Of a stretch of DNA of 64,000 bases, positions 1-11,381 are shown one piece after another (positions within the stretch are counted from its first letter, which is position 1; the number at the start of each line of letters is the position of its first letter). Both the position numbers and the translations under genes were made by a program. Source of the DNA: Anolis carolinensis (lineage: Eukaryota); NCBI RefSeq assembly GCF_035594765.1, contig NC_085844.1:85017923-85081922 (forward strand). Reading direction: 5' to 3'. The notes below the pieces were generated by a model. It worked only from the letters and a program-made list of their open reading frames with translations. It was not told where the DNA came from and ran no database searches.

Positions 1-199
1 GAAAGAGGAGCCTGGAAGAGGCGGCCAGGCTCCTGCTGTCACCTTTGTCACCTGCCTGCCTCCCTCTCTCTCTCTCTCTCTCTCTCACTCACTCACCCAC
101 CCATCCAACCTCTTTTTCCCTCTTCCTCCTCCTTGCTAAGATCTGTCAGATGATACGGAGTGTCGGATGAGCAGAAGTCGGATAACCGAGACTCTACTC
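1..199. mobile_element. Right end of a Tc1/mariner (pogo/Tigger-like) MITE, cut by the window start; contains a (CT)n tract
   Basis: Ends in ggataaccgagactctactc followed by TA, matching the terminus ggataag(t/c)gagactctactg-TA of the MITEs at 26818-27125 and 32420-33077. Confidence 0.6.
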
Positions 200-444
200 T
201 ATGAAAAATTGCAGGGAATAATGTAATTTTAGGGATAATTTCTAACCAAAATTTTTATTTGCTGAGGAAGAGTTTTGTCTGACAGAGCTAAATATTAACC
301 AAAATGTAAGAAAACCAGGTGGGGTAATATTTTGCAAATTTTGTCAGAATTTCTAAAAAAAAAAAAAAACATCTTGTCCAATACTACAATATTTTCCAAT
401 GGACCACATATTTTGAAGTATAAAGAAACCAAAAGTACATCATA

Positions 445-702
445 TTTCCATATTTACAGGTTTAACACTTGTAGATTTGATAAATATGATCTTTCTGGGA
501 GTCTCTAGATAATTTAGTGTGATTCCATGTCAACTTCCACCAGAATCTGAGCATAGTGTTGCATTGGAGAAGCTAGAGATTTCTAGATAGGTGTTCTCTG
601 AGGTGAAAAGGGGATGTTTTTGTTTTAATAGGTATTTGTTGTTTTCTCACTTTTCCAGGGCTTCTGTGCCCCTAACCACAGCAAACATGGAGGGATCATT
701 CT
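445..702. mobile_element. Old, degenerate mariner-type MITE
   Basis: Resembles squamate MITEs (ctagagatttctag core, cccctaacc...gcaaacatggaggg end) and loosely the decayed element around 30085-30665. Termini are eroded. Confidence 0.35.
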
Positions 703-1446
703 ACTTTCAAATATTAAAACTGAGATGTTTGTCCATAATAAATTTTCAGAATACATTTTCAAAATTCCTGACCTAAATAGATGTTTCAAAGTTATCAAAA
801 TTGTTTCTTCTGACAGCATAAGATTCCCAAATTGTCTTTGTTAAAATGTTACACTGAAATCTATTTCAGACCGAGCTTACTTTTAGTTTGGCACTCTACA
901 GAAAAGTCATTAGTGCAGGAATTCTTTACAATAATTAATAAATATTCTATAACAAATACCGAATAGTATTTCTACTTTTATGGATAGACTTTCCCATGCT
1001 TGCATCCAGTGGTTATTTTAATTGTACTTTGACAAGGACAAACCTGCATCTCACTCTTAAAATACTTTAATTGAACTGGATTTAAATAGAGTTCGGAATC
1101 ACTCAAAGTCCACTTCAAATACAAATACTTGAGCAGATCATGAGCAAAGCCAATTAAATGTTTTGTCATGCCATTGTTCCAAAGAGCTGATAACCTTGAA
1201 AAATAAACCAGCAGGAGAAAGCAAAGTGAAAGCTTATTCTTCAGTTAATGGAAAAATGGAATGCTCTTTACATTATCTTTTGAGGTCACTCACTCGATGT
1301 GGAATGTTGTCCAAAAAATGTAATATTATTCAGTTGTGACAGGTAAAATACTACTATATTTGTTGTAAAAGGACATTAGAAAAAACAAGTCTCTCAGATA
1401 TTCTCTTGTGAAGACCAGTGTGCATCAAAATATACACCACAACTAA

Positions 1447-1597
1447 GGCCCTTTCCACACTGTTGTTATATCCCAGGATCTGATCCCAGGGTATCTGCTT
1501 GGAACTGGATTATATGAGTCTCCACTGCCATATAATCTGGGATAATAAAATAATCTGGGATCAGATCCTGGGATATAACAACAGTGTAAAAGGGGCT
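1447..1597. mobile_element. PIF/Harbinger-type MITE (foldback)
   Basis: About 42-bp terminal inverted repeats ggccctttccacactgttgttatatcccaggatctgatccca / tgggatcagatcctgggatataacaacagtgtaaaaggggct, flanked by TAA and TTA. Confidence 0.8.
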
Positions 1598-1797
1598 TTA
1601 AGGTCCAAGGGTAATTTGTAGGCATGGGAGAATTAATCAGAATCATTGTTAATCATAATAAATTGTATCAATTTTGTGTTCCGAACATGGTTCTGAGGTG
1701 GTTTGGTGCTTCTGAATTGACCTTCCGATTCGAAGCATTGGAGCCCATCCTCAGAATACCTTGGTATATGTGAGAAAGTGTTTTCAACCAATCTCCT

Positions 1798-1885
1798 GCA
1801 TCGGGCTTAAGATCCCCATAGAAACCAAGCCTGGAGTGTTAGCATCGGGGCATAAGAGCCCCATAGAAACCAAGCCTGGAGCGTT
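1798..1885 (+). repeat. Tandem duplication, 2 x about 44 bp
   Basis: gcatcggg...ccccatagaaaccaagcctggag occurs twice in direct succession (1798-1841, 1842-1885). Confidence 0.85.
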
Positions 1886-1914
1886 TTCTCTCCTGGCTAG
1901 CACTGGGACATTTT

Positions 1915-2032
1915 GAGACAGCATGGTGTAGTGTACTGGTTTGAAAGTTGGACTACGATTGTGGCTTGATTCCCCACTCAGCCATGGAAACCCACTGGGT
2001 GATCTTGGGCAAGTCACTTACTCTCAGTCCCA
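1915..2032 (+). mobile_element. tRNA-derived SINE fragment (ACASINE/MIR-like)
   Basis: A-box-like tggtgtagtg, B-box-like gcttgattcc, then the core ctgggtgatcttgggcaagtcac. Confidence 0.6.
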
Positions 2033-2039
2033 TAAAACC

Positions 2040-2738
2040 CAATCAAACAGGAAATAACACTTTCAAACCAGGAACAGATTTCCTTATTCAGAGGCTGATG
2101 GCCATCTGTTAGGAGTGATTTGATGGTGTGCTATGATTTCTGTTCCTGGTTGATAAATGTCATTTCCGAATTGGTTCTGTCATAAAAACATGGCCAAACT
2201 TGATTACATCGTCCTATAAAAATAGCACATTATGGTTTGTTAAGTCTCTCTCCACCAATTTAACAAAGTTTCACCTACAAAAACAAAGTTTCTGAAGTAG
2301 AACAATGACTTTCAAAGTAAAGACAACCAAATGAAACAGGAAATAACACTTTCAAACCAGGAACAGATTTTTGTTATTATTAAAAAAAATTAATAAAAAC
2401 TTTGAAAATTTTCCAAAAATCTGGGGATAAGTCAAACGTTCTTAGGTTTGGTGAGCTAACAGTGGTAAATGTGTTCTACCACTGTATCAGGTTTCATTAG
2501 GATAGCTCAAAAATGAGGGAGAGAGAAGCCCAAGTTTCCCCATTGACAATAATGTTTTCCTCATGAGCATGCACATCCACCATTATTAACAAGGTACATA
2601 TGAAGATTCTGAAGTTTCAGAAAGTTTTGAACTTTTTGCCTTCAGAAATTCAGAAATCACTTTAGAAATGAAGCGCCAGCACCCCCTACTTTCAAAGAGA
2701 GTTTAGAACCATTTTTTTTCCTGGATCGCAGATGCCTA
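2040..2738 (-). mobile_element. Non-autonomous DNA transposon, probably hAT (TAGG-type terminus); copy 1 of 4 in the window
   Basis: The reverse complement aligns by eye with 5665-6650, 11380-12620 and 57594-58240 (ggggaaac...ctccctcattttt...tgaaac..g.tacagtggtagaacacatttaccactgttagc). It ends in ggatcgcagatgccta. The superfamily is inferred from the terminus only. Confidence 0.55.
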
Positions 2739-4114
2739 GTAATTTGTATTTGTGTATTTAAATGAAAAGTGTTCTAAAGTTTCCTCTGATGCTTGCACAC
2801 ATGATTTCTACTGTTGTGGTAATACTTCATCTTTGCTGTGTAAAGAACATAAAATCTTCTTGATGGTGAATTTTCACACAGTCCAGAATACTGGGAAAAG
2901 CTAATTTTTCCAATTATATTGGTGGGTCTTTACAATCATGCAAGGTGAAGGATATCCTCAGAAGTCATGGAAGAAAGTAATCAGTAGTGATGCTAGAGAT
3001 GGTGGGGCTAGTGTTCTTCACCTCCTCGTGTATTTTAACTTCTTTACTTACCTAGAATCTTTCACACTAGACAAATACTCACTCATTTTTAATTGCCTTT
3101 TTTGTGTCCTATGAAATTCTCACATTTCCACATTGTTAAGGAACTATTCTGGCTGAGAAATCTAAATGATCCTATTTAAACCGAAAATCTCAGGATTCCT
3201 TATGATGTTAGCATTGCTGTCAAAGTTGAATCATAATGCCATAACTAACAACTATAAAACAAGCACAGAACTTAATGCAAAGTAGATTACTGGAAGCAAA
3301 CTAAATGTAAGACACATCCTAGGGACCCAGAATTGACAGGAGACACCTGACCTAATAGCTCCCACTACTCATTTTAACAAAGGAAGAATTGCTAATTCAC
3401 AAAGGAGCAACCTTCAGAATTTTTCTAATACCTAATTAGATAATTTCAGTGAATACTGGCTTGGCTCTTTCTTTTTTATTATATCAGGGGAAATAACTAT
3501 TGAAATAATGGAGAAAGTGCAAAAAGCGAATTTGAACCACCTGCTCCTGTTTGGAACTGGAAATGTTTAGTTTTCATGGCATCACTTTGGTGTAGATGTC
3601 ATGTTTCATTTCCCCTGTTTGCAATGGCTGATTAGAAGAGGAAAGGATCAAAATACAAGAGCTTTGCTTTGGGATATCTCCTTTAATATTACAACAGATG
3701 CCATCAATCCACTCCTTTTTTAATGAGTTGCTGTGTGCATCCCTATGAATTAATTGCCTCCTGACAAACATTAGACTGCTGCTTATTATGGTCTTTTTTG
3801 GACATTAAATGCTAAGTATTAATAATTCTTTGGCAACAAATAATTATAATACCATCAATTATATACTTTTTACTTTTGAGGTGATATATTGAACCATATC
3901 TCTGTTTGTAAACAAGAATAGTTCCACTTCATGGGCTTGGTTTTCAAAAATGTCATGTTAAAATGAAAAATGAAAGAATAATTAGATGTATGCTCTCCCA
4001 GGCAATATGTGACTTTTGTTTGTTGTCTCCTATCTAATTTATTTAAAAGTTCAAGATGAATGAATACTTTAGATTGTTTTCTAAAGGTATTTTGCATTTG
4101 TTTGTATGTTAATT

Positions 4115-5620
4115 CATAGAGTCATATATTACCAAATTTAATTAGAAAGGAGAAAACTATCAAAAGATATAAGGCGGATAAAGAGGAAATCAAAATCAGT
4201 CTTTATGTAGATGATGCCATCATAATTTTAAGCGAGGTGAAGGAACCGTTAAACTGAATAGTGAAAATAATTAAGGATTTCGGGGAAATTTTGGGGCTCA
4301 CCATTAACTTTGGGAAATCAGAAAATCTCCATAATCTAACATGGAAAGAACCAAAAACTGCCCAAAACATCATAGGTGTGATATTGGGGAGAAAGATGCT
4401 AAAATATCTAGGGGTAGAATTTTTTAAAAAAAACCAAAAACAAAATTATTCAAACAAACTTCAATCATTTATGGAAAAACAAAAGGAAATCACAACACTT
4501 GGGGGGGAAAATGTCAGGATATCACTACAAGACTAACATTTACAATATGAAGTTTTTACCTAAATTTCTATACTTATTTCAAACTCTGCTGGTAAATATC
4601 CTTGCCAATCTATTTAGGAAGTGGGACAGCTCTATCAAAAAATGGGTAGTGGAAGAAAATAAAAATAGAATCTCTAATTTTACATTTTATGGCACCCTGT
4701 GAGGCATGTTAATTTGCTAAATTAATAGAAATGAAAATGAAGGGGACAACAATGGATGAAATTAGAGAAAGAACTAAATGACTTGAAAAAGGGTTCATTT
4801 ATGGGAGAAAAAAATGATAAAAAGAGCTTTAAAAGGTAAGGGCTGGGCCCCTCCTCTTAACATTGTACATTCGGAAAAAATGGCAAAATAAATTACAAAT
4901 AAACAAAATAGTTCTCTTTCCATTAGAAACCCTGGAAAATAAAGACAAAACATTTAGGAGCTTGATTAATATTATGAAAGGAAACAGAGTGGATAAGAAA
5001 GGAAATGAAAAAGAAAGAAGCAATGGATGTCTCCATTAGATAGAATCATTACCTGGAAAATAGAAAAAGAGAAAGGAATTATTAGGGGAATCTATAAGCA
5101 ATTAACAGCCTTATCCTAAAAGACAAAATATACCTTAGTAGAGGCTTGGAAACAAGATACAAATTTTAACGAGAATCTAGTCAGGTCCTGGATTGACAAA
5201 ATCCCAAAAAAAAAAAAATTAAGCACCTAAGGATCAAAGAAACACAACAGAAAATAATTTCAAAATGGTATATGAGCCACTTACAATTGGCACACATTAT
5301 GGAAAACATCTCTAATAAATGCTGGAATAAGTGTGGGGAAATTGGTACATTTACAGAATTTTGAATCAGGCTATCTAAACAATCAAATCAATGTATTAAA
5401 ACAAGCTGACCCAGATTTTGGGATGGGGGTGTGTGGAAATAGGGGTGGTGAGGCAAGGGGATTTAAGGGGAAACTAACTGATCTGTATTGAAATACAAAA
5501 TGAACATGTAACTTAGACACAAAAACTGTAAATAGTCATCTATATTAATTTATAGAATGTCAAGGTTTTTACTGTAATGCATTATCTGTGTGATTTTCAG
5601 AAATAAAACCATTAAAAATC
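4115..5620 (+). mobile_element. Degenerate, 5'-truncated L1-clade LINE (ORF2 RT and C-terminus, 3' UTR)
   Basis: LYVDD at 4201 (YADD-type motif), FGEILGLTINFGKSE, KYLGV, FLPKFLYLFQTL, KCWNKCGEIGTF zinc-knuckle remnant, G-rich 3' UTR and AATAAA near 5602. Many frameshifts. Confidence 0.85.
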
Positions 5621-5664
5621 ATAGTCGTAGAATCATATATATTAAAATGGGTGGATATATATTT

Positions 5665-6650
5665 AAGCATGTGTGATGAATAAAAAAATATTTCAAAAGT
5701 AATTACAAAAATAGGGAGCTCTGGTGTTTTATTTATTAAATGTTTCTAAAGTATGGTTAGTGAAAATGTTGTTAATATAGTAAGAGTTATAAAATTTTAT
5801 TACTTTTTGTGATAGTAATCATGCATAATTATCAATTGGGGAAACTACAGAGGCTCCTTTCTCCATCATTTTATGGCTATTGGCATGAAACTTGCTACAA
5901 TGGTAGAACAAATTTGCCACTTTTAGCCCATCAAGTTTCGGAACCTTTTCCCTTATCCATGGATTTTTGTGGAATTTTCAAAGTTTTTATAAACAATGTT
6001 TTTTAAAAAAGCAATCTTCTTTATTTTTTAATACAATGACAAAATATACCAGGGGATCATTCCCCCCAATTTTCAGAGATATTCATACGGCTACTGATTT
6101 TAGGGATTTTTTTTAAAAAAAAATTGACAAAAATGTTTTTTAAAAAACCACTACAGCTATCTCATTGAACATCTTGCATATTAACCAATAGAAACCAATA
6201 TTAACCAATTCTACATTTTCATAAAATCCTAGAGTTGGAGGGGACTCCCAAGGGCCATCTAATCCAACCTTCTTCTTCCAAGCAGATGGGCACTATCAAA
6301 ACTCTCCTGACGGATGATCATCCATCCTCTAAACTAATGTTCTCTCTATTGGGTTGAAAGGTACCCCAAGGGCCAACCATTTAGGGATTTCTTCCCATCC
6401 CAGCCCAGAGATTTATTTACTAGAAGTAGCAGTCAGTCCTCTCCTTTACAGTTTCAACAATTTCTTGGAACTCTGGCTGGCGAATCTCTCCCCTATCCTA
6501 ATTCAGGCTTTCTGATGCTGAGCAGAATTCTGGGAAATGTAGTTTTGGGCAGGGCCTTTTGAATTATCTGGCATACAGCTCGATGCCTTCCCAAACTACA
6601 TTTCCCAGAATTCTGTGCTTTGTTTTCCAGTGAACTCTGTTTTCTCCCCG
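5665..6650 (+). mobile_element. Probable hAT-type non-autonomous element, copy 2; includes a small CR1 3' fragment (about 6220-6330) and an internal foldback (6522-6614)
   Basis: Shares blocks with copies 1, 3 and 4. Foldback arms are cagaattctgggaaatgtagttt and aaactacatttcccagaattctg. Confidence 0.55.
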
Positions 6651-6876
6651 CAGCTTGTTTCTCCTAATGGCGAGAGGCTATAAATTTAAAGAGGAAAGGC
6701 AGCCTATTTGACTTTGAAAATAGACTGACTTTAGGAGGCTTCCGAGATTTACAAAATGCAAACAAAAAGGATTGGGCAAGTTTTGATTCTTAAGTTATTG
6801 GCGTGAGCCACATGTCGGATATCACCTTGTAAGTACAAATTTAATGAATTTGATCTGACGTACAAGGACTAACAAT

Positions 6877-7006
6877 NNNNNNNNNNNNNNNNNNNNNNNN
6901 NNNNNNNNNNNNNNNNNNNNNNNNNNNNNNNNNNNNNNNNNNNNNNNNNNNNNNNNNNNNNNNNNNNNNNNNNNNNNNNNNNNNNNNNNNNNNNNNNNNN
7001 NNNNNN
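6877..7006. other. Assembly gap (N run)
   Basis: Run of n characters. Confidence 1.
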
Positions 7007-7800
7007 CTTTTGTCTACTAAGACGAGTTTACAGCATCTAAAACAGTACCACCTTTTAAAAATAATCCCACTAATGCAGTAAGTTATTATCAACTTAGAAC
7101 TCAGCTTACCATATTCCACCCAAAAAGCTTGGCTAAAATATGTTCATTATTCATTATTTGGGGAAAATTTTAATAGACTTTTTGTACTCAGGAATTTTAT
7201 ATTCGTTCATAGCTTTTTCTTGATACCACCACAATAATGATGAGTCATATTGTACCTTATATAGGAGAGAATTATACAATATTGGTACTATCATTAAAAA
7301 CAGAAGTTCCCATACTCCACAATGAATGGCTACTAGCATAAAAAAAGACATGATATACATATAAGTCCCATCTACGCTCCCCCAATTCAAACCTGCGACC
7401 TTTTGGTCCAGAAGTTTAGTAGCTCAGCGCTTTAACACGCTGCGCCATCAGGGGATATTATTTGTTAAAGGTTGTGAATATACAATATTTCTAATTTTTT
7501 TTTTGTCTGTTGGAAGCAAGTATGAATGCTGCAATTAGGCAAAATGATTAGCATGTAATGGCCTTGCAGCTTTAAAGCTTGGCTTGAGTGCATTTTTGTT
7601 GGGAGGTGCTAACTGGCCCTGATTGTTTCCTGTGTGGAATTCCCCTGTTTTCAGAGTGTTGTTCTTTATTTAGTGTTCTGATTTTAGAGATTGTATTGTT
7701 ATGTTTTATTATACCACAGTAATTTTTATATATTCTGATTTTAATGTTTTTGAATACTTGGAGCCAGATTGTATTCATTTTTCACGGATCACAGCAACAC

Positions 7801-7860
<60 letters not shown>
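7801..7860 (+). repeat. (AAT)20 microsatellite
   Basis: Direct read. Confidence 0.98.
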
Positions 7861-7862
<2 letters not shown>

Positions 7863-8065
7863 CTTTGGTAATACACACTGCTTTACTCCCTTCTCAGCTT
7901 CCTTTCTGGAAGAATCCTTTCTTGGGAGGTGTTAGCTGGCCCTGATTGTTTTCTTTGTAGAATTCCCAATTTCCCTGCTTTCAGAGTGTTGATCTTTATT
8001 TACTGTCCTGGTTTTAGAGATTATATTGTTCTGTATTATTGTACCACAGTAATTATTTCACATTA

Positions 8066-8409
8066 GAGTAGAATCTCAGTTATCCAATATTCGCTTATCC
8101 AATGTTCTGGATTATCCAACACAGTCTGCCTTTTAGTAGTCAATGTTTTTGTAGACAGTGTTTTAAGTTCATTGTGATATTTTCGTGGTAAATGTGTAAA
8201 TATAGTAATTACTACATAGCATTAGTGCGCATGGAATGACTTTTTCTGTCAAATTTGTTGTATAACATGATGTTTGGTGCTTAATTTGTATAATGATTAC
8301 CTAATTTGGTGTTTAATCGGCTTTTCATGAATCTCTTCTTATTATCCAACATATTCACTTATCTAACGTTCTGCCAGCCTGTTTATGTTGGATAAGTGAG
8401 AGTGTACTG
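8066..8409. mobile_element. Tc1/mariner MITE nested in the Helitron-like composite
   Basis: Reverse complement of the 26818-27125 MITE, with TA on both flanks. Confidence 0.85.
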
Positions 8410-8914
8410 TATATTTATAATCTTATATTATCTGCTTAGAACTGGATTATATGAGGCCCCTTCTACACAGCTGGATAAAATGCACATTGAAGTGAATTAT
8501 ATAGCAGTGTGGAGTCAAGATAATCCAGTTCAAAGCAGATAATATAAGATTATAAATGGATTATATAGCTGTGTGGAAGGGCCTTGAGTCTACACTGCCA
8601 CATAATCCAGTTAAAATCAGATAATCTGCATTTTATAGGCCTAAGTGAGGTCTAACTCTGCCTGTCCCCTGGACTGAGTGGGTTGCTAGGAGACCAAGTG
8701 GGCGGAGCTTAGCCTTCTAATTGGCAGCAATTGGATAAAAACAATTATTCCTCTCCCTCTAATTAGGACTTTATTTTTCTTTTCTTTTTGTTGTATCAAC
8801 CTAGAGGCGTGGATGATGGGTTGTGTTGTCAAATTTCGAGGTTGGGGGGCCTTTAGTTTTGTTGTTTTGTTGGTCGCCAGGATTCCATCACTCTTTTATG
8901 TATATAGATTATGT

Positions 8915-9017
8915 GATTGTATTTTATTGTGTATTTCTGGGCTTGGTCCCCATGTGAGCTGCCCCGAGTCCCTTCAGGGAGATGGAGTGGGATATAAGAA
9001 TAAAGTTATTATTATTT
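8915..9017 (+). mobile_element. L2 LINE 3' tail
   Basis: ccccatgtgagctgccccgagtcccttcagggagatggagtgggatataagaataaagttattattatt, the same tail as at 20050-20140 and, reversed, 28861-28940. Confidence 0.75.
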
Positions 9018-9019
9018 TT

Positions 9020-9548
9020 ATGAAACAAAATTAATCAGTACAACCAGAAATATGTTGATATACCATCGGTAGATGGGACTCCCAGGTCAGAAGATGGTCA
9101 AAATGCTGTGGGTGAGGAACAGATGATAAGTTCAACTAGCCCCAGATGTGATGACACAGTTAGCTCAAAGACGAAAGGAAGGCTAACAGCCAATGGTGCT
9201 GGAGGTGAACGACAAATCTGATGTTCTAAAGATCAACACACTATAGGAACCTGGAATGTAAGATCTATGAGCCAGGGCAAATTGTACGTGGTTATTGATG
9301 AGATTTCAAGATTTGGGGTCAGTGAACTGAAATGGACTGGAATGGGCCACTTCACAACAGATGATCATCAGATCTACTACTATGGACAAGAGAAACATCA
9401 AAGAAATGTAGTAGCCTTCATAATTAACAATAAAGTCGCTAAAGAGGTGTTTGGATGCAATCCAAAAAATGATAGAATGATCTCAATCCAAGTTCAAGGT
9501 AAGCCATTTAACATCATCGTGATCCAAATATACTCCCCAACACAGCTG
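9020..9548 (+). mobile_element. BovB/RTE LINE 5' coding part (APE endonuclease remnant)
   Basis: IGTWNVRSMSQGKL, GVSELKWTGMGHF, RNVVAFIIN, NDRMISIQVQGKPFNIIVIQIYSPT. Confidence 0.9.
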
Positions 9549-9549
9549 C

Positions 9550-10380
9550 TTTCAATAGTGAGCACATCACATACAAGACAGGGGACATTTAAAGTAAAGC
9601 CGTATTACAGAAAACATGTGAACTCAAGTTTGTCATTGAGTCCAAAGGGAAACACAGTGTGTAACTTAAAGATCCAGAAGGCCTCTCTTTGTAGTAGGTA
9701 TCTCTTCATGTCTATATGGGTCTTCGTATGAATCTTTTCTAAAACGCAAAATTTAAAGCTAGAGAATGTATGTGCTTTTTCCACAATGTGTGAGTATAGA
9801 GTGGAGTCAGTGGCTTTTTTTAAAGCAGGAGCGATGTTCAAAAATTCTAGTTTTTAGAGGTCTAGTAATAATTCCAATATATAGAAGGTTACAAGGGCAT
9901 TGAATAACATATATAACCTTGTCTGTTGTGCAAGTAGTGAAACTATTCAGTGGTATTGTAATATGTAATGTGGGGTGTGAAAACTGTTTAGTTTTAAGTG
10001 ACTGGTAGCAACTCTCGCAATGTCCACATTTGGTATGTCCTCTAAGGTTCCCTTGGTTAATGGTCATTGGCATGTTGAAGTCTGACCTAATTATAATGTC
10101 TCTTAAGTTTCTAGAGCATTTGTGTGCTACCATAGGAGAATATAGGCAGCCTGGGATGTCCTGAATCATATGCCAATGTTTTTGATTATTTTGTGAATAT
10201 CTGAGGAGAGTTGTGTTAGAGTGAGAGGCCAAATTATCCATTTGTGTGGTTTTTTTGGTTAAGTCTCTCAAAAGGTGATCCCTATCTATGTAGTGGACTT
10301 TTCTGATGGCTGTGTTGATTATGTTAGATGTCTTTCCTTAAATTGTTTCTTTGTATTTCTAGCACGAAGATTACTGTGGA
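9550..10380 (-). mobile_element. Penelope-like element (Neptune-type), RT thumb plus GIY-YIG endonuclease remnant
   Basis: CGHCESC zinc motif, VIYVIQCPCNLLYIG..TRPLKTRIFEH (GIY-YIG), and C-terminal REAFWIFKLHTVFPFGLN. Split by a frameshift (ORFs 9807-10271 and 9605-9841). Confidence 0.88.
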
Positions 10381-10384
10381 TAAA

Positions 10385-10868
10385 GACTGCATCCAGGAAA
10401 TCAGAAGATGTTTATTTCTTGGGAGGAGAGCAATGACCATGGTTAAAGCAATGGTATTCCCCATAGTAACCTATGGATGTGAGAGCTGAACCATAAAGAA
10501 GGCTGAGCGAAGGAAGATAGACGCTTTTGAATTGTGATGTTGGAGGAAAATTCTGAGATTGACTGCAAGGAAATCAAACCAGTCCATACTCCAGGAAATA
10601 ATGCCCGATTGCTCACTGGATGGAAGGATATTATAGGCAAAAATGACATACTTTGGCCACATAATGAGAAGACAGGAAAGAGAAAGATACTGTGGGAAAT
10701 GGAGGGAAAAAGGAAGAGGGGTTCACCCAGGGCAAGATGGATGGATGTTATCCTTGAAGTGACTGGCTTGTACTTGAAGGAGCTAGGGGTGGCGACAGGG
10801 ACCTCTGGCATGGGCTGATCCATGAGGACACAAAGAATCAGAAGCAACTGAACAAATAAACAACAAAA
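10385..10868 (+). mobile_element. BovB/RTE LINE 3' end
   Basis: MEGKRKRGSPRARWMDVILEVTGL and a (CAA)-type tail. Homologous to 18925-19595. Confidence 0.9.
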
Positions 10869-11349
10869 CATAGGGTTCTCAAAGTCAATGTCAGTTAAAC
10901 TGTCATGAATAGGTCCCATTATATATATGAGATGGTGGTAGTGGTGGTGGTAATTTGCTCAGGACTGCAAATCACTGAAGCTTGCAGAAGTGCAATACTG
11001 AGGCTCACCATGCCACTAATCTGCCACTATCTCTAACTGTGCTCATGTTGCAGGATAGCAGCATCACGAGAAAAAGTCCTTTGCATCACTTCTTGGACTT
11101 TTGACTTTTGACAATAAAGCCTTTTGAAGAAATTTTCAGAGGACCATTAGTAGACTTTTATGTTGAAAGAAGGGCTGAAAATTCCATTCACTCCAATCAT
11201 TCCATACAATCTCAGAGGTAACAATGAATTAAAAATAGGTAACATTGTCAATACTGCAAAAAATCTCAAGTAAAAATATGTAATCAGTTGACAGACATAT
11301 GAATGGTAAAATGAGATCATGTGTAAAATGTGTGAGACACATGCATGCA

Positions 11350-11351
<2 letters not shown>

Positions 11352-11378
<27 letters not shown>
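11352..11378 (+). repeat. (CA)n microsatellite
   Basis: Direct read. Confidence 0.95.

Positions 11379-11379
<1 letters not shown>

Positions 11380-11381
<2 letters not shown>

Larger units (their letters stand above)
7100..8908 (-). mobile_element. Composite non-autonomous Helitron-like element carrying nested TE fragments
   Basis: The minus strand starts A|TCTATATACATAAAAG at 8908, a typical Helitron 5' end. It contains a Sauria SINE head (7375-7455), an (AAT)n tract, an internal duplicated block (about 7600-7730 vs 7920-8055), a mariner MITE and Harbinger MITE pieces (about 8420-8640). The 3' CTAG end is not seen, so the left boundary is approximate. Confidence 0.65.

Noticed and set aside
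1798-1885. CRISPR-like direct repeats
   Set aside because: Only two adjacent units with no unique spacers, in vertebrate DNA with no cas genes. It is an ordinary tandem duplication.
6654-6828. Possible exon (ccccgcag ... gtaagt)
   Set aside because: Stops in all three frames. Could only be non-coding, and nothing supports that.
7744-7935. Poly-Asn, poly-Thr, poly-Tyr and poly-Ile ORFs (also 15792, 52346, 52356)
   Set aside because: They are translations of trinucleotide microsatellites.
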